The position numbers were made by a program, and so were the translations under genes. Shown here in pieces: positions 46,521 to 56,719 of a stretch of DNA of 64,000 nt. The notes beneath the pieces are model-generated. The model did no database searches and was not told the DNA's origin. It saw only the letters and a list, made by a program, of their open reading frames with translations. The DNA is from Acidimicrobiia bacterium (GTDB taxonomy: Bacteria > Actinomycetota > Acidimicrobiia > Spongiisociales > SHLN01), in NCBI GenBank assembly GCA_041619515.1, contig JBFKDW010000002.1, positions 53,369-117,368 of the forward strand, written 5' to 3'. Position 1 is the stretch's first letter; each line of letters begins with the position of its first letter.

Positions 46521-47848
46521 CGCTGCTGGGAGACGGCGGAGCAGCGGCCCCGGCGGTGGCCCGTGCCTCGATTGCCTCCGTGGTCGACCTCAAAGTCCAC
46601 TTCCGGTCCAAAGCCGGGACCGTCCACGCCGTCGACGGAGTCTCCTTCGATATCGCCGACGGTGAGACCCTCGGCCTGGTCGGCGAGACCGGATGCGGCA
46701 AGAGCGTCACCGCCCGATCATTTCTGCGGCTCGTGCCCATGCCTCCCGGCATCCAGGCAGGTGGCTCCATCCTCTTCCGGCCCCATCGCGCCTGCGATGC
46801 ATGCCTGGGTGACGGATGCGAGATCTGCCACCACAGCGGCCGGGTTCCCGTCGCGTGCCGGGAATGCAACGGAGATGGGTGCGCGGCCTGCGCCGGCACC
46901 GGGCACCTCACTCTCGACTTGCTGACCATCTCCGAGCAGCAACTGCGCACGATCCGCGGCAACCGGATTGCCATGATCTTTCAGGATCCCGGCAAGGCCC
47001 TCAACCCGGCGCTGTCGATCCGCGACCAGCTCTCCGAGGTGTTCTACGAGCACCGATCCGGGGAGTTGCTGGAGGCCGCCGGTCTCGACGGCGAGGTCAC
47101 CGGCGCCGTCGGCTCGCTCATCCGCAGAAAGGCGTCGCTCCGCTCGCGACTGCTCGAAGACGCGTTGTTCGCCGTTCCGCCGTTGCGGTCGCGCCGGAAC
47201 AAGCTTCGATCAGCGACCGACGACCGGATCGCCGCCGCGCTCGCCGAGACACAGATTCCCAACCCGCACAAGATCATGGAGCGCTATCCACACGAATTGT
47301 CGGGCGGCATGCGCCAGCGCGTCATGATCGCCCAGGCCCTCGCATGCAACCCCGACCTCCTCATCGCCGACGAGCCCACCACGGCTCTCGACGTGACCGT
47401 GCAAGCCCGCATCCTGGAGCTGGTGCGAGAATTGCAGCAGCACCACAAGACCTCGGTGCTCTACATCAGTCACGACCTGTCGCTCGTGAGGCGAGTGTGT
47501 GACCGGGTGGCCGTCATGTACGCCGGGCGAATCGCCGAGGTCGCGCCCACGGAAGAGATCTTCTCCCATCCGAAACATCCCTACACGCGAGGGTTGTTGG
47601 ACGCGGTGCCTTCCGCCTCTCATGAGCGGGGCCGCCTGGTGGCCATCCAGGGCAACGTTCCAGAGTTGATCGACCCTCCCGCCGCCTGCCGCTTCACAGG
47701 ACGCTGCCCGTACGAGGCGGCCGCCTGCCGCGAGCATGATCCCGAGCCGGTGCCGGTCGGCTCTGATCACCATGTCGCGTGCTTCATCCACCATCCGCCC
47801 GCCGGGACCGCCGCCGAGCTCCCGTCCTACCACCGGCAGGTGCGGTGA
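46517..47848 (+). CDS. Peptide-type ABC transporter ATP-binding protein (DppD/OppD-like) carrying a 40-aa insertion with four CxxCxGxG repeats
   Basis: Walker A GETGCGKS, signature LSGGMRQR, Walker B LLIADEPT and an OppD-type C-terminal Cys motif. Insertion CDACLGDG / CEICHHSG / CRECNGDG / CAACAGTG lies between ILF and MIFQDP. ATGA overlap with DppC. Confidence 0.85.
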   Translation: MTLLGDGGAAAPAVARASIASVVDLKVHFRSKAGTVHAVDGVSFDIADGETLGLVGETGCGKSVTARSFLRLVPMPPGIQAGGSILFRPHRACDACLGDGCEICHHSGRVPVACRECNGDGCAACAGTGHLTLDLLTISEQQLRTIRGNRIAMIFQDPGKALNPALSIRDQLSEVFYEHRSGELLEAAGLDGEVTGAVGSLIRRKASLRSRLLEDALFAVPPLRSRRNKLRSATDDRIAAALAETQIPNPHKIMERYPHELSGGMRQRVMIAQALACNPDLLIADEPTTALDVTVQARILELVRELQQHHKTSVLYISHDLSLVRRVCDRVAVMYAGRIAEVAPTEEIFSHPKHPYTRGLLDAVPSASHERGRLVAIQGNVPELIDPPAACRFTGRCPYEAAACREHDPEPVPVGSDHHVACFIHHPPAGTAAELPSYHRQVR

Positions 47849-49200
47849 CCGCCGCCCCGAGCCGGGAAGGTGCCCTGGCGGCCACCGATGATCTCCTGTT
47901 GGCGGTCCGCGGCCTCGGCAAGTACTTCCCCATCCGGGAAGGCGCTCTCCAGAAGGTGGTCGGCCATGTCAAGGCGGTCGATGGGGTGAGTTTCGACATC
48001 CGTCCCGGCGAGACGCTCGGGCTGGTAGGCGAGAGCGGCTGCGGCAAGACGACGCTGGGACGGTGCGTGGCGGGCCTGACCGATCCATCCCACGGTGGCG
48101 TCTACTTCGGGCTCGAGGCCGCCTCGAAGGACAGGCTCGACGCCCTGCTGTCGGTGACGGCTGCCGATCGCACCGATGGTCAGCAACGCGAACTCGACCA
48201 GCTGAACGAACTCCACCGGGTGGACCAAATGAGCGGAGACGTCTGGCGCCGGTACCGACGCAACTGCCAGGTCGTGTTCCAGGAATCGTTCGCCTCCCTC
48301 AATCCCCGCCAGCTGGTGAAGGACATCGTCGGTCGCCCTTTTCGAGTCCACAAGGAGGCTTCCGGCTCCGAGCTCACCCAACGGGTGATCGACCTGCTCG
48401 AGCAGGTTGGTCTGGGCAGGCAGCATCTCTATCGCTACCCACACCAGTTCTCCGGGGGTCAGCGGCAGCGGATCTCGATCGCCCGGGCACTGGCACTCGA
48501 CCCCCAGCTCGTCATCCTCGATGAGCCCACCAGCGCTCTCGACGTTTCGGTCCAGGCCCAGATCCTCAACCTGCTCCACGAACTGCAACAAGAGCGCAAT
48601 CTCGCGTACCTGTTCATCACCCACGACCTCTCCGTCGTCCGCCACATGGCCGATCGGATCGTGGTCATGTACGTGGGAAAGGTCGCCGAGGCGGGCCCGA
48701 CGAGCACGATCTTCGATAGGCCCGAGCACCCGTATACCGAGGCCCTGCTGGCATCCAGCCCCGACGTCGATGAGGCCGGCACCGACCTGCAAACCCTGGA
48801 AGGCGCGATTCCCGATCCCGCCCGGCCGCCCCAGGGGTGCCGCTTCCACACCAGGTGCCCGGTTGCCACCCCGGCGTGTGGGTGGGAGGTCGACGACACC
48901 ATTCGATGGCTGGAAGACGTCGACAACATGTTCGACGCGCTGGCGGGGGTCACCCGGGAGAACGCCTTCGACGCCTGGCTCGAATTCGGAGATGAGGCAT
49001 CGGCCCAACGGCTGGGTGCCGCCCTCAGGAGCGATGCCGTGCCGGCGGCGATGCGGACCGCGCTCGAACACCTCGAGGTGGACCACAAACGGGTCCGGGT
49101 GCAGTTCACCCCCGTCGACGAGGTCATCCTCACCAACCGGGGCCCCGATCACGTCGCCGCCTGCGTCCTCGACCGATCGGCCGGGCGTCCCGCCCAATAA
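47845..49200 (+). CDS. Peptide-type ABC transporter ATP-binding protein (DppF/OppF-like); GTG start at 47845 or ATG at 47779
   Basis: Walker [10 protein letters not shown], signature FSGGQRQR, Walker B LVILDEPT. About 100-aa C-terminal extension. Confidence 0.8.
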   Translation: MTAAPSREGALAATDDLLLAVRGLGKYFPIREGALQKVVGHVKAVDGVSFDIRPGETLGLVGESGCGKTTLGRCVAGLTDPSHGGVYFGLEAASKDRLDALLSVTAADRTDGQQRELDQLNELHRVDQMSGDVWRRYRRNCQVVFQESFASLNPRQLVKDIVGRPFRVHKEASGSELTQRVIDLLEQVGLGRQHLYRYPHQFSGGQRQRISIARALALDPQLVILDEPTSALDVSVQAQILNLLHELQQERNLAYLFITHDLSVVRHMADRIVVMYVGKVAEAGPTSTIFDRPEHPYTEALLASSPDVDEAGTDLQTLEGAIPDPARPPQGCRFHTRCPVATPACGWEVDDTIRWLEDVDNMFDALAGVTRENAFDAWLEFGDEASAQRLGAALRSDAVPAAMRTALEHLEVDHKRVRVQFTPVDEVILTNRGPDHVAACVLDRSAGRPAQ

Positions 49201-49386
49201 TCACCCACCGACGCAGGCGGGTCCGGCACTGCAATCCGCTCGGAGCCGGTGGGCACCGGGGTCGCCGCCGACGAACTGACCTCCATCGGCCACCAGCATC
49301 CGCTGGCGGGAACGCCCTGGCACAGACATTTCCGGCCCGTCTCGATCCGATCCGGTGACACGCCCCGGCCCGGCTCCCGGTCGTGT

Positions 49387-51045
49387 TCAGCTCGTCTGCC
49401 GGAGATCCCGCCGCCCGAACAGGACCACCGACCCCGCCACCAGGCCGATGGCAAGGCCGGCCAGCACGGCCCCATGGCCCCACGGCATGCCGTTGACGAG
49501 CGGATCGCTCGTGAGGTAGTAGTAGAACGGCGACCATCTCGCGTATCCCGCCAGGCTGTCGCTGAGTGGCAGGAAGGCGTTGAGAAGATGGAAGGTGAGA
49601 GCTGCCCCGACGGGCACGAAGATAGCGATTCTCACCCGGCCGACGCCGGCGCTCACGGCAAGGGCCAGTGCGCCGAACACCAACCCGAGCAGCGTTGCCA
49701 GCAACGAGGTGGCGGCAATGTTGAACATGTTCATGCCGAGCCCTCCCAGCAACGAGCCGAGACCGACTCCGACGAAGGTAGCGGCACCCACCGCCAGCGC
49801 GTACAGCACCATCGCAAACGCTTTCTCCAGCACGATGGCCGAGCGGCTGATCGGGTTGGCCAGCAGCAGGCCCATGGTGCGATTGGCCTCCTCGCCCGCC
49901 AGGGCACGAGCCCCGATGGCGATGGATACCACCATGACGGCGATCGGGGCCATCAGGCCGAAGGTCTCGACCTGATACCACCCCTCGGGAGTGCTCATGT
50001 CGCCGTTGCCGACCAGGGCCATGACGGCTTCGGGGAATTCGTCCGCGATGTTGCCGAAGGCGTCTTCGATCGCCGTGTACATCGGCCCGATCAGGACGCC
50101 CATCATGAAGAACATGAGGGCGGCGGTCACGAACAAGAGCCCCTGGTGTTCGGAGGCCGTCTTGATCCAGATGCGGGAGACCCTGGTCGAGCCGGCCAGC
50201 CGATCGGCGACGCTCTTGGTGAGCGGGTTGCTGCGGAGCCGGTCCACCAGCGCCACCCCGACCGTCTGGCTTTTGAGGTCGCGACGATTGACTCCGACCA
50301 CCGCCGCCATCACGAAGAGAGCACAGCCTGTCAGCAGCACCGCGGCGTGGGGCCAGGAGACGCCACCGGTGACCGGATCGCTGCCGTTGAAGTAGTACCA
50401 GGGGAACGCCTTGGCGAGCCCCTCCAGGCCCGGGACGAGTGGGAGGAGGCCGACCGCAAAGAACGACACGACCATGATCCCAACTGCCGTCCCCGACGCC
50501 AGGCCCCGGCTTCCCGTCCAGGCACCGATCGCCATCGCCAGCAAGCCGTAGAAGAGGGCGTTCACGAACATGTGGAACACGAGGGCCCCCACCTGCATGC
50601 CGGCCACTTCGACACCGAGCATGGCCGGCACGATGTACCCGGCACCCCACAGCAGGAGGGCCCCCACCGCCGTCAGCACCAGCATCGACCCGGCCTTGGA
50701 TGCCAGCACGGCGGTGCGGCTGGTCGGGTTGCCGAGCAGCAGGCCGAGGGTGCCGTCACGTTCCTCGCCGGCGATCGAGGCCGACCCCATCGAGAGGGCG
50801 AGGGCCGCCAGGGTGAGTGCTCCGTAGAATTCGTAGATGGCGCCATAGGCGAGGCTGGCCGCGTCGGCGCTGTCGGGAATATTGATCAGAGCCCGCCATG
50901 CCTCGGGCAGGTCGGTGTAGAGGGACAGATCAATATCGCGATACACCGACATCCCGAACAGCAGCATGACCGCCAGGCTGACGGTGCCGATCGCCATCGC
51001 CTTCCAGCGATCCCGCACCGTCTTGGTGAGCACGGTGGCCAGCAT
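49387..51045 (-). CDS. ABC-2-type exporter permease (internally duplicated, about 12 TM)
   Basis: Two repeats of ABC-2 permease-like TM bundles. 552 aa. Start overlaps the ATPase stop (TGATG). Confidence 0.7.
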   Translation of the reverse strand: MLATVLTKTVRDRWKAMAIGTVSLAVMLLFGMSVYRDIDLSLYTDLPEAWRALINIPDSADAASLAYGAIYEFYGALTLAALALSMGSASIAGEERDGTLGLLLGNPTSRTAVLASKAGSMLVLTAVGALLLWGAGYIVPAMLGVEVAGMQVGALVFHMFVNALFYGLLAMAIGAWTGSRGLASGTAVGIMVVSFFAVGLLPLVPGLEGLAKAFPWYYFNGSDPVTGGVSWPHAAVLLTGCALFVMAAVVGVNRRDLKSQTVGVALVDRLRSNPLTKSVADRLAGSTRVSRIWIKTASEHQGLLFVTAALMFFMMGVLIGPMYTAIEDAFGNIADEFPEAVMALVGNGDMSTPEGWYQVETFGLMAPIAVMVVSIAIGARALAGEEANRTMGLLLANPISRSAIVLEKAFAMVLYALAVGAATFVGVGLGSLLGGLGMNMFNIAATSLLATLLGLVFGALALAVSAGVGRVRIAIFVPVGAALTFHLLNAFLPLSDSLAGYARWSPFYYYLTSDPLVNGMPWGHGAVLAGLAIGLVAGSVVLFGRRDLRQTS

Positions 51046-51953
51046 CAGCCACCTGCCTCTTCGTCGCGGTAGTACGTGAGGAAGATCTCTTCGAGGTCGG
51101 CCTCCTGGGTAGTGATGTCAACCAGGGTCTGCCCGTCGGTCGCCACCTTGAGCAAGGCCTCCATGTGGCCGTCGAATGACAGCGTGACGTGATGGTTCTG
51201 TACCACGACATCGCGGACACCCGGTACCGGTTCCAAACGCGCACCGTCGATGGGACGATCGAAGTAGAGGTCGACTTTGCGGATCGCCTTCGACCGCAGT
51301 GCTGCGACCGCTTCTACGGCGATCAGGCGCCCGTGCCGGATGATCCCCACCCGGTCGGCGATTCGCTGGACCTCGGAGAGCGTATGGCTGGAGAGGAAGA
51401 CGGTGCGGCCACGTGCGACGACCTCCCTGGTCATGGCCTGGAACTCGCGCTGCACCAGCGGGTCGAGACCGGAGCTCGGCTCATCCATGAGCAGCACCTC
51501 CGGACGGTTCATGAAGGCCTGGATCAGCCCCACCTTCTGCCGATTCCCGGACGACAGGTCGCCGATCTTCTTGGACAGATCGGCGTCGAGCCGATCGGAC
51601 AACTCGTCGACATAGTCCCAGTCCACGCCTCCCCGCAGATTGGCGAAGTAGGTGAGCGTGTCCCGGCCGGTGAGATTGGGATACATGGCGAGGTCGCCGG
51701 GGACGTACCCGATGTGGCGTCGAATCTCGACGGATTGCCGATGGGTGTCGAATCCGAGTATCGAGGCCCACCCGGCGGTTGGGCGAATCTCATCGAGGAT
51801 CGTCCGAATCATCGTGGTCTTCCCGGCGCCGTTTGGGCCCAGGAACCCGAACACCTCGCCGCGATAGATGTCGAGGTCGAGATCGACCAGGGCTCGCACA
51901 TCGCCGTAGTGCTTGGTCAACCCCTCCGTGTGGATGGTGACCTGCTCGGACAT
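51045..51953 (-). CDS. ABC transporter ATP-binding protein (ABC-2/DrrA-like exporter ATPase)
   Basis: Walker A GPNGAGKTT, signature LSSGNRQK, Walker B LLMDEPS. GGAGGA SD before the ATG at 51953. Confidence 0.8.
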   Translation of the reverse strand: MSEQVTIHTEGLTKHYGDVRALVDLDLDIYRGEVFGFLGPNGAGKTTMIRTILDEIRPTAGWASILGFDTHRQSVEIRRHIGYVPGDLAMYPNLTGRDTLTYFANLRGGVDWDYVDELSDRLDADLSKKIGDLSSGNRQKVGLIQAFMNRPEVLLMDEPSSGLDPLVQREFQAMTREVVARGRTVFLSSHTLSEVQRIADRVGIIRHGRLIAVEAVAALRSKAIRKVDLYFDRPIDGARLEPVPGVRDVVVQNHHVTLSFDGHMEALLKVATDGQTLVDITTQEADLEEIFLTYYRDEEAGG

Positions 51954-52093
51954 CCCGTCTTCCTCCCGGCCGTCTTCACCTACGCCCGCCGCTGCTGCGA
52001 GCGACTGGAAGGCAACACTCCGTACTCTATTGACCCGTCCGCCGGAAGCCCGGCGGCGCGCCACCCCGTCGGGACCTTTGCCTCTGGTGGCTT

Positions 52094-52133
52094 CTCGATA
52101 TTCGGCAGATACTGAATATTCGGAAGATCGAGA
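52094..52133. promoter_or_regulatory. Composite operator: inverted repeat TCTCGAT...ATCGAGA enclosing direct repeats ATATTCGG and the palindrome GAATATTC; immediately upstream of the GbsR-type regulator and divergent from the ABC-2 exporter operon
   Basis: Repeats read directly from the sequence. AT-rich island in GC-rich DNA, 8 nt before the regulator ATG. Confidence 0.45.
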
Positions 52134-52140
52134 GCAACCC

Positions 52141-52608
52141 ATGGTGGACCGGAGAGAGCTCACGTTCGTGGAGGAGATGGGAGCCCTGTTCGAGCGGCTC
52201 GGGAACGGGCGCATGACCGGCCGGGTGTGGGGGTACCTGCTGATCGTCGACGCCGAACAGGTGTCGGCCGGCGACCTGGCGGCCGCACTGGGGGCATCGC
52301 CGAGCGCCATCAGTACCGCCACCCGGGTGCTCATCTCGCTCGGACTGGTAGATCGAATCCGTCTGTCGGGCGAGCGGCGCGACTACTTCACGATTCATCA
52401 TGGAGCGATCCTCAGCTTGATGCGCCGGCAGAGCGAGGCCTTCAACCTGGCTCGTGACATGGCGGCCCGGGCATTGGACCGCTTCGGGGAGCGGGAGATC
52501 GCCCGTCCGCACCTGCGGGAGCTCTTCGACGTGTATTCGTGGTTCGCGACCGAGTATCCGGCCCTCATCGATCGCTTCCTGGACGAGCGGGCCGCTCAGT
52601 CGAGGTGA
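52141..52608 (+). CDS. GbsR/MarR-type winged-helix transcriptional regulator
   Basis: RVWGYLLI...LAAALGASPSAISTATRVLISLGLVDRIRLSGERRDYF resembles the GbsR family HTH and the GERKDY motif. Confidence 0.6.
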   Translation: MVDRRELTFVEEMGALFERLGNGRMTGRVWGYLLIVDAEQVSAGDLAAALGASPSAISTATRVLISLGLVDRIRLSGERRDYFTIHHGAILSLMRRQSEAFNLARDMAARALDRFGEREIARPHLRELFDVYSWFATEYPALIDRFLDERAAQSR

Positions 52609-52612
52609 CAGC

Positions 52613-53311
52613 ATGCTCATAGAGCTGAAGGACGTGACCAAGCGCTACGGCGAGGGAGAGCTGGCCGTAATCGCCCTGGAGGAAATCGAGCTCCTCGTTG
52701 CCGAAGGCGAGTTCGTCGTGGTGCTCGGGCCTTCGGGCAGCGGCAAGACCACGCTCCTCAACATCATCGGTGCCCTCGACACGGCTTCGAGCGGCCTGGT
52801 CCGTGTCAACGAGGTCGACATCACCGGCGCATCGCGCACCGAGCTGTTCGACTTCCGGGCCGGAACGGTCAGTTTCATCTTCCAGGCCTTCAACCTCTTC
52901 CCGGGCCTCACCACCAGAGAGAACGTGCTGTTCGGAATCGACGCCGCCCGGTCTGATGCCGATCCCGACGAGGTTCTCGACAGTGTCGGGCTCGGCACCA
53001 AAGGCGACCGCTTCCCTCACGAGCTGTCCGGCGGCGAGCAGCAGCGGGTAGGCATCGCCCGGGCCCTCGCCACCGGCAACCCCATCCTGTTGTGCGACGA
53101 ACCGACCGGCGAGCTCGACTTCACAACGGGCGTGCAGATCCTCGAGCTCCTCCAGGCCCAGGCCGGCAACGGGCGGGCCGTGCTGGTCGTGACACACAAC
53201 CGGGAGATCTCGCGCATGGCGGACCGGGTGGTGGAGCTCTCCAGCGGCCGGATCATCCGCGACGGCCCCCCGGCCGGGGGCAAGGCGCCGGTGACCGATC
53301 TTCATTGGTAG
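52613..53311 (+). CDS. ABC transporter ATP-binding protein (MacB/LolD-like)
   Basis: Walker A GPSGSGKTT, signature LSGGEQQR, Walker B LLCDEPT. Confidence 0.85.
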   Translation: MLIELKDVTKRYGEGELAVIALEEIELLVAEGEFVVVLGPSGSGKTTLLNIIGALDTASSGLVRVNEVDITGASRTELFDFRAGTVSFIFQAFNLFPGLTTRENVLFGIDAARSDADPDEVLDSVGLGTKGDRFPHELSGGEQQRVGIARALATGNPILLCDEPTGELDFTTGVQILELLQAQAGNGRAVLVVTHNREISRMADRVVELSSGRIIRDGPPAGGKAPVTDLHW

Positions 53312-53321
53312 GGGGTGTGGC

Positions 53322-55748
53322 ATGAGAATGCTTCGTCTGCTCCTGGTTTGGTCGTGGCGCGATCTGCGCCGCCACTGGGCCAAGGTGCTGGCCATCGCGC
53401 TCGTCATCGCCATCGGAACCGGCGGATATGCCGGCCTCACCTCCACCGCTGAGTGGCGGCGCATCTCCTACGATCTCAATTACACGCAGCTGGCCATGTA
53501 CGACCTGCGAATCGACCTGGCCACGGGGAGCTTCGTCGAGGAAGGTGATCTGGCGGCACTCATCCCGGCCATACCCAGCGCCGACTCCGTCACCGGTATC
53601 GAAGAGCGGCTCATCGTCCCCACCCAGCTCGATGCCTCCACCGCCGACGAGATCGTCCTCGTGCGGGGCGAGATCACCGGCTCCGATTTCTCGGAGGGTG
53701 GACCGCACGTCAATTCCTATTTCGCTCACACCGGACGCGTCCTCACCCCCGAAGATGCCGGCCAACCCCGGGTCATGGTCGAGCGCAGTTTCGCCGGCTT
53801 CTACGAATTGCCCGACACCGGCACCGTCAGAATCAGCGGCGGCCGCACCCTCGAGTTCGTGGCCCAGGCCACCACACCCGAGTACTTCGCAGTGGCGCCC
53901 GAAGGCGAGATGTTCATGACCGAGGCGACGTTCGGGGCGTTGTTCACGACCCTCGAGACCGCCCAGGATCTCGCCGGAATGCCGGGGGCAATCAACAACC
54001 TCGTGCTGACCCTCGCCGGAGGCGCCGATCGGGATGCACTTCAGGCCGAGCTGACTTCCGCCCTCGACGCACTCCCGGTGGGTGGAACCGTCCTCACCCG
54101 GGATGACAACCTCTCCTACACATCGCTCACAACCGACATCGATCAGGACCAGGCGATGTTCAACGCCCTCGCCTTCCTGCTGGTGGCGGGTGCGGTGGGG
54201 GCGGCCTTCAACCTCATACACCGGCTGGCCGAGCAACAGCGTCGCGAGATCGGCATCGGCATGGCTCTCGGAATCAGACCCTGGGTACTCGCCTTCCGGC
54301 CCCTGCTGGTGAGCGCGCAGATCGCCGTACTCGGCGTGGTGCTTGGCATCGGGGTGGGAACGGCCATCGGCAACGCGATGGCAGGGATCTTCGACGAATT
54401 CATTCCACTTCCCGTGTGGCAGACCGACTTCCAATACGGCGTCTTTGCCCGGGTAGCGGTCATCGGTCTGGTGGCGCCCTTCGTCGCCTCCGCCATCCCG
54501 GTGTGGCGGGCGGTGCGAGTGCGTCCCATCGAGGCCATTCGGCCCGACCTCACCGGCCGCGGCTCCATGACCGGCCGGCGCCGGACGCTGGGAAACAGCT
54601 TCGCCGTCATCCCGTTCCGCAATCTCCGCCGGACCCCGCGTCGCACTGCCCTCACCGTGGCGGGAATCGCCGCAGCCCTCACCGTCCTCGTGGGATTTCT
54701 CGGCATCATGGACTCGGTCTTCGATGCCGTCGACACCGCCGAAGCCGAGTCAGTCGGAAAGCAACCTGCTCGCATCACCGTGGGATTCGATGGCTTCCGA
54801 CCCATCGGGTCGGCGGAAGTCGCGGCGGTGGAGGAGGCCGAATCGGTTGCCGAAGCCGAGCCTCGCCTCATCTTGGGAGGATCCGTTGCGGGAGAGGATG
54901 GGGTCGACATCGACATCTTCATCGAAGTCGTCGATCTCCGCTTCGGAATGTGGCGCCCGACCGTGACCGCCGGATCCCTCGACGGTCCCCCCGGGATCGT
55001 CCTCAGCGAGAAGGCGGCAGCGGACCTGAGTCTCTCGGTTGGAGCGACCGTGACCGTTCGACATCCACAGCGGACCGGGCTCGCCTCCGTGGTGTTCGTG
55101 GAATCCGACCTGGCAGTCGTGGCGACCCACCCCCACCCGGTGCGAAGCCTGGCCTACATGGACCTCTCGCAGGCGGCGCTCTTCAATCTGGCGGGAGCCG
55201 CCAACGGGATGAACGTGATCCCGGAACCGGGGATGACTCTCGCCAACGTGCAGACGGAGCTGTTCGCCCTCGAACAGGTCGCTTCGGTTCAGTCGGTCAC
55301 GGCTGTGACCGAGGCCGTGAGAGACGCCTTCAACGAGCTGCTCGGAATAGTCCAGATGATGGTGCTCGTGGTGCTGCTCCTCGCACTGCTCATCGCCTTC
55401 AACACGGCGTCGATCAATCTCGAAGCCCGTGCCCGTGAGCACGCCACCATGTTCGCGTTCGGGGTCAAGGTTCGAACCGCCCTGCGGATGGCGATCACCG
55501 AGAGCTTCGTCATCGGCATCCTCGCCACCGGGCTCGGCCTCGCGGGCGGTTTCGCCATGGTGTGGTGGATGACCCAGATCCTCCTGACCGAGACGCTGCC
55601 CGACTTCGCCCTGCAGGCCCTCATCAGCGCCGGCACCCTGGTCGCCGTCGTGATCATGGGCGTCGTTGTCGTCACGCTCGCTCCGATCCTCACCGTTCGC
55701 CGGATGCGACGGATGGACCTGCCCGGAACCCTCCGCCTGGTCGAGTAG
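53322..55748 (+). CDS. FtsX-family ABC transporter permease (two FtsX/MacB-like domains with large extracytoplasmic loops)
   Basis: 808 aa with N-terminal TM and two FtsX-like 4-TM bundles (…VVLLLALLIAFNTASINLEAR…). Confidence 0.75.
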   Translation: MRMLRLLLVWSWRDLRRHWAKVLAIALVIAIGTGGYAGLTSTAEWRRISYDLNYTQLAMYDLRIDLATGSFVEEGDLAALIPAIPSADSVTGIEERLIVPTQLDASTADEIVLVRGEITGSDFSEGGPHVNSYFAHTGRVLTPEDAGQPRVMVERSFAGFYELPDTGTVRISGGRTLEFVAQATTPEYFAVAPEGEMFMTEATFGALFTTLETAQDLAGMPGAINNLVLTLAGGADRDALQAELTSALDALPVGGTVLTRDDNLSYTSLTTDIDQDQAMFNALAFLLVAGAVGAAFNLIHRLAEQQRREIGIGMALGIRPWVLAFRPLLVSAQIAVLGVVLGIGVGTAIGNAMAGIFDEFIPLPVWQTDFQYGVFARVAVIGLVAPFVASAIPVWRAVRVRPIEAIRPDLTGRGSMTGRRRTLGNSFAVIPFRNLRRTPRRTALTVAGIAAALTVLVGFLGIMDSVFDAVDTAEAESVGKQPARITVGFDGFRPIGSAEVAAVEEAESVAEAEPRLILGGSVAGEDGVDIDIFIEVVDLRFGMWRPTVTAGSLDGPPGIVLSEKAAADLSLSVGATVTVRHPQRTGLASVVFVESDLAVVATHPHPVRSLAYMDLSQAALFNLAGAANGMNVIPEPGMTLANVQTELFALEQVASVQSVTAVTEAVRDAFNELLGIVQMMVLVVLLLALLIAFNTASINLEARAREHATMFAFGVKVRTALRMAITESFVIGILATGLGLAGGFAMVWWMTQILLTETLPDFALQALISAGTLVAVVIMGVVVVTLAPILTVRRMRRMDLPGTLRLVE

Positions 55749-55780
55749 CTGCCGCGCCCCCTGGGTCGTCCGGGCAGCCC

Positions 55781-56599
55781 TTACGCAGTGAGGGTGGGCG
55801 CCGCCAGGTCGTAGACGGCCCGGGCGTACTCGGCAAGCTTGGTGGCGGCGTCCGGGTCGCCTGCCAGCCGGTCGTAGTAGAGGATCGACCCTTCCCATCC
55901 TTCGGTGTGCCACTCGGCGCCGTGCGGAAGCTGGTGGCCCATGAGGGCGTCACGGTCGAACGGCCATGGGTTGGAATAGAAATATGCCCGCCCGGCCGGA
56001 TAGAACCCGAGGTTTATCTGAGAAGGGTGCTCGGTTGTTTCTCCACCCTCTTCGTGTGTCTCCATGCGGCTGCCAAACCACTCACACGCAAGGTCGAAGT
56101 TGTGGGGCCACAACTGCACCCGGCTCACAGAACCCTCCAGGGATCCCAGATGGTGCTGGAAGATGTGACTGACGTTGCCCACCGCCTGGAAGTAGATGGC
56201 GGCGGCGTCGGGCAGATACTCCCGCGTCCCGTCGTCCTGGAATCTCGCCCGTTCGTACTCTCCCTCCAGACCGACCGCGGCCACAGCGCTGATGAGACGT
56301 TCTCCCATCTGGGTCCCGGTGAGGCCGTCGGTCATGGAGATTCGAGTCTCCGAGCTCAGGCTGGTGACGACGATGTCGTGCGCTGTGAGGTCCATCCGGA
56401 TATTGACCAGGCCCCCGCCGGGAACGCGTATGTTGTCGGTGACCAGGCCGCGCGGTATGACCCGCAGGCTGACATGCCACCACTTGGGGTGGGGCGCGGC
56501 GTGCGCACGGGCAACGGCGGCTATCCCGTGAGCGTACGCGTGGAGCGTGGCGCGAGTGGGCTCGAAGTTCTCATGCAATGGAGGCAAGAAATCGGCCAT
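55781..56599 (-). CDS. Hypothetical protein (conserved actinobacterial DUF-type, possibly DUF5996-like)
   Basis: Intact 272-aa ORF with no recognisable catalytic motif. Confidence 0.45.
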   Translation of the reverse strand: MADFLPPLHENFEPTRATLHAYAHGIAAVARAHAAPHPKWWHVSLRVIPRGLVTDNIRVPGGGLVNIRMDLTAHDIVVTSLSSETRISMTDGLTGTQMGERLISAVAAVGLEGEYERARFQDDGTREYLPDAAAIYFQAVGNVSHIFQHHLGSLEGSVSRVQLWPHNFDLACEWFGSRMETHEEGGETTEHPSQINLGFYPAGRAYFYSNPWPFDRDALMGHQLPHGAEWHTEGWEGSILYYDRLAGDPDAATKLAEYARAVYDLAAPTLTA

Positions 56600-56719
56600 G
56601 CGTCAACTCCCGTTGCTGGTCCTTTTGACACCCAACCCGGGCACTGGCCATGATGTTCCCGGACAAAGGAACCCGACGTCTCGCCGGCGTTGTGACATGA
56701 GTGATCCGATGGAGGCCTA

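Noticed and set aside
49244-49257. Small palindrome CCGGTGGGCACCGG in the convergent gap after the second peptide ABC ATPase
   Set aside because: Stem of 5-6 bp with a minimal loop and no flanking features. Insufficient for a terminator call.
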